In this document: one piece after another, positions 57,784-64,000 of the stretch
Layout: each line of letters begins with the position of its first letter
Position numbering within the stretch: position 1 is the first letter of the stretch
Assembly (NCBI GenBank): GCA_964367355.1
Contig: CAYIWY010000003.1
Span: 36,919 to 100,918 of the forward strand
DNA length: 64,000 nt
Reading direction: 5' to 3'
DNA from: an uncultured Gammaproteobacteria bacterium
Lineage (GTDB): Bacteria > Patescibacteriota > Microgenomatia > Woykebacterales > RBG-16-39-9b
Translations under genes and position numbers: made by a program
The notes under the pieces: generated by a model
What the model was told of the DNA's origin: nothing
What the model saw: only the letters and a program-made list of their open reading frames with translations
Databases searched by the model: none

Positions 57784-59562
57784 TTGAAATCTTGGAGGCT
57801 AATTGCGCTAAAATTTTTCTTCCTTTTTCTAATGGCCGCTGTTGCGGCCAGGCTTTTTTATTGGCAAGTTATTAACTACGAGCGTTTTGCTATTGCTGCG
57901 GGAGAGCAGCATATTTCAACAGTTAGAATTGATGCTCCTCGTGGTCGAATCTTTGCTGCTGATGGAAACCTACTGGTGACCAACAAAGATGCTTTTTTAC
58001 TCTACGCATCCATTCCAGACATAAAAAAAAGTTTAACTAAAGGTGAGAATTATCTTGATAAAGTAGACAAAATTATTGATGATCTTACCCCAATTTTATA
58101 TCAGGAAGAGATTTCAAAAAATAAAGAACCAGAAAAACTTTCCAGAAAAGAAAAAGAAACAATTAAAGCTAATCTAAAAAATAAAATTAAAGAAAAATTA
58201 AACACCGAAGGGGTGGTTTGGATACCCTTAGAGAAAAAAATTTCAATTCAAGCCCATGGTGAAATTGAGAAATTGAATATCAAGGGAATTGGTTTCGAAG
58301 AGCAGAGTATTAGAATGTATCCAGAAGGACAACTTGCCTCTTCGTTACTTGGTTTTGTTGGGAAAGATGGTGATGGTAACGATAAAGGTTACTTTGGACT
58401 TGAAGGTTATTATGAGGAGCAACTGGCTGGGAAAAGTGGAAATTTGACGCAGGAAGTCGATGCTTCAGGAAAGCCTATTATCGCGTCAGATTCGATGGAA
58501 GCCTATGCTAGGAATGGTTTAGATATTGAAACCACGATCGACCGTACAGTTCAGTATACAGCCGAAAAATATTTGTTTGAAGGAGCGAAAAAATATGGTG
58601 CAAAAGAAGCCTCAGTGGTTGTTTTAGATCCGAAAACCGGAGCGGTTTTGGCTATGGCAAGCTACCCTTCATACGACCCGGCTAAATGGGATCAGTTTGC
58701 AGAAGAAGAAAGACGAAATACTGCGATCGACAGCGTTTTTGAACCAGGTTCCACCTTTAAAGTTATTACCGCTGCCTCGGCTTTGGATGCTGGGGCTGTT
58801 AAAGTCGATACTGTCTGTCCATGTGCGGGACCAATAGATATTGGTAAATATCAGGTTCAAACTTGGAACAACAAATATAGCCCCAATACTACAATGGCCC
58901 AAATACTTGAACATTCTGACAACATTGGAGCAGCTTTTTGGGCACAAAAACTGGGCAAAGATAAATTCATAAATTATCTTGGTAAATTCGGAATTGGATC
59001 TGTTAGCGGTATAGATTTGCAGGGTGAAGAAACCGGCATATTAAATAAAATTCAAGATTGGGGCGAAATAGAGCTTGTGACCGGAGCGTTTGGTCAAGGT
59101 TTGTCTGTCACACCGTTGCAAATGGTTCAGGCGGTTGCGGCTATTGCTAACAACGGAAAGATGATGCAACCCTATATTGTGAAAAAAATTATTTCCAAAG
59201 ATAAACAAATCATTAAAGATCCAAAACAAGTAGGAAAAGTTATTAAGCCTGAGGTTGCGAGTACAATGAAAGAGTTGATGCTGGCTGCGGTTGAAAATGG
59301 AGAGGCAAAAAAAATTATTCCGCATGGTCTAAGAGTAGGCGGAAAGACTGGAACAGCCCAAATTCCAAAAAACGGTATTTACGATCCCGGAAAGACGGTA
59401 GCTTCCTTTATTGGGTTTGGACCAATCGAAGATCCGAAATTTGTTATGATTGTAAAATATACTGAACCTGTTCCGATCTACGGAGCTGAAACGGCTGAAC
59501 CGACTTTTTTTAAAATTGCCCAGGAACTATACACTTATTGGGGTATCGAGATCCATAAATAA
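57784..59562 (+). CDS. ftsI: Class B penicillin-binding protein (FtsI-like)
   Basis: RG.I, R.YP, EPGSTFK, SDN, GKTGT. Confidence 0.85.
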   Translation: MKSWRLIALKFFFLFLMAAVAARLFYWQVINYERFAIAAGEQHISTVRIDAPRGRIFAADGNLLVTNKDAFLLYASIPDIKKSLTKGENYLDKVDKIIDDLTPILYQEEISKNKEPEKLSRKEKETIKANLKNKIKEKLNTEGVVWIPLEKKISIQAHGEIEKLNIKGIGFEEQSIRMYPEGQLASSLLGFVGKDGDGNDKGYFGLEGYYEEQLAGKSGNLTQEVDASGKPIIASDSMEAYARNGLDIETTIDRTVQYTAEKYLFEGAKKYGAKEASVVVLDPKTGAVLAMASYPSYDPAKWDQFAEEERRNTAIDSVFEPGSTFKVITAASALDAGAVKVDTVCPCAGPIDIGKYQVQTWNNKYSPNTTMAQILEHSDNIGAAFWAQKLGKDKFINYLGKFGIGSVSGIDLQGEETGILNKIQDWGEIELVTGAFGQGLSVTPLQMVQAVAAIANNGKMMQPYIVKKIISKDKQIIKDPKQVGKVIKPEVASTMKELMLAAVENGEAKKIIPHGLRVGGKTGTAQIPKNGIYDPGKTVASFIGFGPIEDPKFVMIVKYTEPVPIYGAETAEPTFFKIAQELYTYWGIEIHK

Positions 59563-59663
59563 ACGTTATATAATTGAAGCCTAAAGGCCGTTGTGATAAA
59601 ATTCCCCGAGGAAAAAAGTATTAGCTTAAAAATTTCTCGCACTCTCCAGATTGAGGCGCAAAG

Positions 59664-60938
59664 ATGAAAGAAAGGATTCCACAGCCTGCAAAAAATATTT
59701 ATCATTTAGTTATTGCATTTATTTCAGCTCTAATCTTTCGTTTTCCGGCCTTTCGATTACAAGTGATTGGAGTTACTGGAACAGATGGAAAAACTACTAC
59801 AGTTAGTTTGATTTACCATATTCTTAGTACACTCGGAATGAAAGCCGGAATGATCTCGACTGTTGAAGCCAAATTCGGAGGTAAAAGCTTTGAAACTGGT
59901 TTTCACGTCACGACCCCAAGTTCGTTTTTAATTCAAAAATTTCTAAGAAAGATGGTCGATAATAAAATAAAAGTTGTGATTTTAGAAATTACTTCGCACG
60001 GCCTTGATCAAAATCGAGTAGCTTTTGTGCCACTTCACACAAGTTTGATTACCAATGTTTCACAGGAGCACTTGGATTACCACAAAAACTACAAAAATTA
60101 TTTACTCACCAAAGCAAAGATTTTAAGAAATGTAAATTATCGAGTATTAAATTCTGAGGATCAGTCTTTCGAGATGCTGAAAATGTTAGGTTCCGGACAG
60201 TTAGTTGCTTTTGGAAAACTTGGCTCTGATTATTTTGGCGAAATAATAAATAGTGATGGGTTTTCAACAAATTATGCGATTCATTACAAAACTAAACAAA
60301 AATTACTCAAAACTATGGTAGTTCAAAGTAACCTAATCGGTGAGTTTAACCTTTCAAATATCTTGGCGGCTTTTGCAGTTTGTAAGATTTTAGGTTTGGA
60401 AGACAAGAAGATTTTAAGTGCGATCGAGACTTTTACTGGGGTTCCGGGAAGGATGGAACAAGTTGATTTGGGACAAAATTTTAAGGTTGTGGTTGATTTT
60501 GCTCATACCCCAAGGTCGCTTGAGTTAGCGCTTTCTGCTTTAAGAGGAAATACTGAGAAAAAATTAATCTGTGTTTTTGGGGCGGCGGGTGAGCGGGATA
60601 AGAGTAAACGTCTCCTTATGGGTCAGGTGGCGGCTAATCTTGCTGATTTGATAATTTTGACAAGTGAAGATCCGAGAAGCGAAAACCCGGAAAAAATAAT
60701 TGCTGAAATTGCCAGAGGAATTGAGAAAGTTGGTGGAGAAGAAAATACAAATTATTGGAAAATTGTTGATCGAGTCGACGCTATCAACAAAGCAGTTGGC
60801 AATTTAGCAGAAGTAGGTGATACAGTCGTAATTTTGGGAAAAGGTCATGAGCAAAGTATGAATATAGGCGGAAAAGAAATCCCTTGGGATGACAAAAAAG
60901 TCGCGACCGAATCTTTGAAAATGAGGCTTGGGATATGA
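59664..60938 (+). CDS. murE: UDP-MurNAc-tripeptide synthetase
   Basis: GVTGTDGKTTT, HVTTP, EHLDYH, VDFAHTP, GKGHE. Confidence 0.9.
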   Translation: MKERIPQPAKNIYHLVIAFISALIFRFPAFRLQVIGVTGTDGKTTTVSLIYHILSTLGMKAGMISTVEAKFGGKSFETGFHVTTPSSFLIQKFLRKMVDNKIKVVILEITSHGLDQNRVAFVPLHTSLITNVSQEHLDYHKNYKNYLLTKAKILRNVNYRVLNSEDQSFEMLKMLGSGQLVAFGKLGSDYFGEIINSDGFSTNYAIHYKTKQKLLKTMVVQSNLIGEFNLSNILAAFAVCKILGLEDKKILSAIETFTGVPGRMEQVDLGQNFKVVVDFAHTPRSLELALSALRGNTEKKLICVFGAAGERDKSKRLLMGQVAANLADLIILTSEDPRSENPEKIIAEIARGIEKVGGEENTNYWKIVDRVDAINKAVGNLAEVGDTVVILGKGHEQSMNIGGKEIPWDDKKVATESLKMRLGI

Positions 60939-61021
60939 AAATAAGAACCTTTTCGCGTTTCTCAAAGAACCTTGCATTCGCAAGCAATTTCTATCTAAGT
61001 AAGACTGGGGGTGGTTTGTGA
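60935..61021 (+). repeat. 87-nt start-coupled element, copy 3
   Basis: MKIRTFS...L*; overlaps the murE stop and the downstream GTG. Confidence 0.7.
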
Positions 61022-61755
61022 AAGTTGGAGCGATTATCTTAGCGGCTGGATCCGGAACCCGGTTAAATAGTGGTAATCCGTCAGATAAGCCAAAGGTTCT
61101 TTATGAACTTAACAAAAAACCAATGGTTGAATACACTCTTGATTTACTTGATCAGTTGAGTATTTCTGAAAAAGTTATGGTGGTTGGGTATAAAGAAGAA
61201 CTTGTCCGGGAATATTTTGGAGAAAGAGTAAAATACGTGTCACAACCCGAAAGGAAAGGAACCGGTCACGCTGCCAAACTTGGGGAGGAAAAATTGGATC
61301 CAAGTATAACCCACTTATTGATTATCCAAGGTGATGATAGTTCTTTTTATAAAGTCGAAACTATCCAAAAATTTATTGCTGACTGTGCAGATTGTAAGAT
61401 GGGATTTACAACTGTGAAACTTACTGAACCGGCGCAATACGGTCGGGTAATTAGAAACTCGGAAGGCGAAGTCTGCGCAATTGTTGAAAAAGAATCGTTA
61501 ACAGAAGAGCAAAAAAAAATTAATGAAGTAAATGCTGCCACATATTTTGTCAAAAGAGATTGGTTTAACACTGTTTATCCGATCTTAAAACCAAGTGCCG
61601 TCGGAAAAGGTGAGATAATTATGCCGGATTTAATCGCGGTTGCTGCCACCTCAGGGGGAAAAGTTATTGGTTTTGAAGTTCCTGTCGCAGAGTGGGTTGG
61701 TGTCAATACACCAGCGGAATTAGAACGGGCTGATAAACTAAAAAGAGAAAGCTAA
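61018..61755 (+). CDS. GlmU N-terminal-like nucleotidyltransferase (no acetyltransferase domain)
   Basis: ILAAGSGTR..PKVL, Q..GTGHA, GD, YGRV, EVNA, GVNT. Confidence 0.8.
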   Translation: MKVGAIILAAGSGTRLNSGNPSDKPKVLYELNKKPMVEYTLDLLDQLSISEKVMVVGYKEELVREYFGERVKYVSQPERKGTGHAAKLGEEKLDPSITHLLIIQGDDSSFYKVETIQKFIADCADCKMGFTTVKLTEPAQYGRVIRNSEGEVCAIVEKESLTEEQKKINEVNAATYFVKRDWFNTVYPILKPSAVGKGEIIMPDLIAVAATSGGKVIGFEVPVAEWVGVNTPAELERADKLKRES

Positions 61756-63039
61756 ATGGAAAAGAAAAAAGTACATTTTATGGGTTTAGGTGGCGCCGGA
61801 ATTTCAGCTGTTGCTGCTTTTGCAAAAGCTAACGGTTACGAAATTTCTGGTTGTGATATCGATGACACTTCTCCATTTTTGAAAAGTTTACGGGAAAATA
61901 AAGTTCAATTTTTTTCTGAGCACAACAAGTCTCACCTTCAAGATATTAATTACTTAGTAGTTTCCCCGGCGATTGAGAGTTTAGACGTCAATAATTCGGA
62001 ATTAATAGCTGCCAAAGAAACAAATATTCCAGTATTAATTGGTGAAGAGTTTTTGGCGAAATATATTCTTGGGAATAAAAAAGTTATTGCAATTTCCGGA
62101 ACCCACGGTAAATCGACTACAACCGCGATGATTGGAAAAATATTGGAGGATGCTGATTTAGACCCTTCAGTTTTGGTTGGGGCAATAGTTAAGGACTGGG
62201 GGACAAACTTTCGTTTAGGTCAGGGAGAATATTTTGTGATTGAAGCCGATGAATATCAAAAGAAATTTTTACTTTACAGTCCTTACATTTCGGTTGTCAC
62301 TACAATAGAAATGGATCACCCGGAATATTTTAAAGATCTTGCTGAGATTGAAAACGCATTTAAGGATTTTATTGCCAAGACTCAAAGCGGCGGGCAGGTT
62401 GTTTTGGGGCAGTCTGTTCCGATTGAAATGAGTCATGCCAAAGTTTTGGGTCGTGATTTTCAGATTGAGAGATTTAACTTAAAATTAATTGGAGATTTTA
62501 ATTTGGAAAACGCTGCGTTTGCTGCGCAAGTTGGTAGGATTGTAGGAGTTGACGAAACAAGGATAAAAACTTCATTAGAAAATTTTAATGGGATTGGTAG
62601 AAGATTTGAGTTTTTTGGAGAAGCAAGGGGGGTGAGAATTTTTGATGACTATGCTCACCACCCAACTGCAATCAAAGCAACAATAAATGCAGCAAAGAAT
62701 TATTTTCCAAACGAAAAGATTTGGCTGGTTTATCAGCCGCATATGTACAGCCGGACAAAATATCTTTTCGAGGAGTTTGTCGACGTATTCAAAGGTCTAA
62801 ATATTGAAGGGACAGTTCTTGTTGATATTTACGGTGCTCGGCAGGAAAACAAAGAAAATATTAGTAGTCGTGATATTGTTGAAAAAATTAATAAGAAGCA
62901 AGTTTCTTACCTTGCGAGTTTTGAACAAGTTTGTGACTTTTTAGTTTCGCATCTTGGTTACGGAAATGTTGTGATAGTAATGGGAGCAGGGGATATTTAC
63001 AAATTGACTGAATTACTTTTAGATAAACTAAAAGGATAA
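61756..63039 (+). CDS. murC: UDP-N-acetylmuramate--L-alanine ligase
   Basis: GLGGAGISA, GTHGKSTT, EADEY, DDYAHHPT, YQPH, MGAGDI. Confidence 0.95.
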   Translation: MEKKKVHFMGLGGAGISAVAAFAKANGYEISGCDIDDTSPFLKSLRENKVQFFSEHNKSHLQDINYLVVSPAIESLDVNNSELIAAKETNIPVLIGEEFLAKYILGNKKVIAISGTHGKSTTTAMIGKILEDADLDPSVLVGAIVKDWGTNFRLGQGEYFVIEADEYQKKFLLYSPYISVVTTIEMDHPEYFKDLAEIENAFKDFIAKTQSGGQVVLGQSVPIEMSHAKVLGRDFQIERFNLKLIGDFNLENAAFAAQVGRIVGVDETRIKTSLENFNGIGRRFEFFGEARGVRIFDDYAHHPTAIKATINAAKNYFPNEKIWLVYQPHMYSRTKYLFEEFVDVFKGLNIEGTVLVDIYGARQENKENISSRDIVEKINKKQVSYLASFEQVCDFLVSHLGYGNVVIVMGAGDIYKLTELLLDKLKG

Positions 63040-63051
63040 ATGCTAAATTCA

Positions 63052-63121
63052 GTCATCTCGAGTGGAACAAGAGATCTCTCACGGAGCCTGCACTGAGTGC
63101 AACGAGCGTGTTCGAGATGAC
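63052..63121. repeat. Palindromic REP/MITE-like element between murC and murB
   Basis: Terminal inverted repeat gtcatctcga...tcgagatgac; internal gagatctc palindrome. Confidence 0.7.
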
Positions 63122-63130
63122 AAGTTAAAA

Positions 63131-64000
63131 ATGATAGAAAAAACTGATTTATTAATTAAAAAATTGGGCTTTTCCAGAGTTAAGCTTGATGAACCAATGC
63201 GAGCTCATACTTGGATCAAGGTTGGTGGGCCAGCTGATTATTACTTTGAAGCTGAATCTGAAGAAGATATTGAAATTGCGGTAAAGACAGCAATTGAGGC
63301 CAAGGTACCATATACAATAATCGGACTAGGAGCCAATATTTTGGTTTCGGATAGAGGTATTCGTGGTTTATTAATTTTAAATAAAACAAAGGAAATTAAA
63401 TTTTTGCCGCATAATTTTGTTGAGGTTTCCTCTGGCGTAAATATTGTTGAATTAACCAGAGAAGCGGGAAAAAGGGGTTTGGGTGGGGTCGAGCGGATGA
63501 CCAAAGTCCCGGCAACAATTGGCGGGGCAATATTTATGAATGCTGGGGATACCGGTAGAGCCGAATTTTTTGAAGATTTAGTTGTTTCAATCAAGATTGT
63601 TGATAAAAATGGGGAAGTGAAAAAAATCTTTCGTGAGAATGCTGATTTTTCCTACAGAACCAGCCGTTTCCAGAGTAGTGGTGAAATAATTTTGTCCTCT
63701 AAACTAGAGCTGCAAAAAATGTCCAAAGAAGAAATTGATACTAAAGTTCGTGATATTCTGGTGCGCAAAACTCATCAACCAGCTGGCCCATCTGTGGGAT
63801 CGACTTTTCGTAATCCAGAAGGTGAACACGCCGGTGCTTTGTTAGACCAATGTGGTCTTAAGGGAACAGTCTTGGGCGGAGCTAAGATTTCCGACCAACA
63901 CGCTAATTTTATTATCAATACCGGCAATGCTAAAGCCTCTGACGTCAAAAATTTAATTGACCTAATGAAAAAAGCAGTCAAAGAAAAATTTAATATTGAT
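63131..64000 (+). CDS. murB: UDP-N-acetylenolpyruvoylglucosamine reductase (partial, runs off the window)
   Basis: HTWIKVGGPADY, GLGANILVSD.G, PATIGGAIFMNAG, FSYRTS, GSTFRNP, HANFIIN. Confidence 0.93.
   Translation, partial: MIEKTDLLIKKLGFSRVKLDEPMRAHTWIKVGGPADYYFEAESEEDIEIAVKTAIEAKVPYTIIGLGANILVSDRGIRGLLILNKTKEIKFLPHNFVEVSSGVNIVELTREAGKRGLGGVERMTKVPATIGGAIFMNAGDTGRAEFFEDLVVSIKIVDKNGEVKKIFRENADFSYRTSRFQSSGEIILSSKLELQKMSKEEIDTKVRDILVRKTHQPAGPSVGSTFRNPEGEHAGALLDQCGLKGTVLGGAKISDQHANFIINTGNAKASDVKNLIDLMKKAVKEKFNID

Noticed and set aside
197-63981. Many short ORF-track entries overlapping real genes (e.g. 13569-13892, 14058-14396, 44661-45074, 63241-63594)
   Set aside because: Antisense or off-frame shadows of well-supported genes, with no recognisable motifs.

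Overview
Bacterial chromosome segment (genetic code 11, AT-rich). The gene content points to Patescibacteria/CPR, probably Microgenomates; this is inferred from the VirD4-like ATPase, DUF4012-like protein, alpha2-type GlyRS, N-terminal-only GlmU and CPR-style repeats. Layout: a VirD4/TraG-like ATPase with effector-like orphan genes (0.1-9.3 kb); secA; a RAYT transposase; a surface-glycan region (GT2, galE, yvcK, wzm/wzt, methyltransferases, GT4s, rmd/gmd, manC, priming sugar transferase); recO, csrA, glyS, msrA; and the dcw cluster (mraZ to murB). About 12 toxin-antitoxin modules plus solo Fic and NYN genes are packed in between. Main finding: at five separate housekeeping genes the TA cargo is bracketed by short diverged duplicates of the host gene's terminus (secA 3' end x3, GT2 3' end, yvcK 3' end x2, GT4 5' end, deacetylase 3' end), with no integrase in the window. 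At secA each duplicate abuts a TTTAATG-N6-CATTAGA-type palindrome at fixed spacing, giving a cassette-array architecture. Other notable items: three 87-nt elements that each form a mini-ORF coupled to the start of a sugar-metabolism gene; a small terminated RNA directly upstream of an NYN RNase (candidate RNA antitoxin); two unannotated transmembrane micropeptides; and in-frame repeat insertions in msrA and a GT4.
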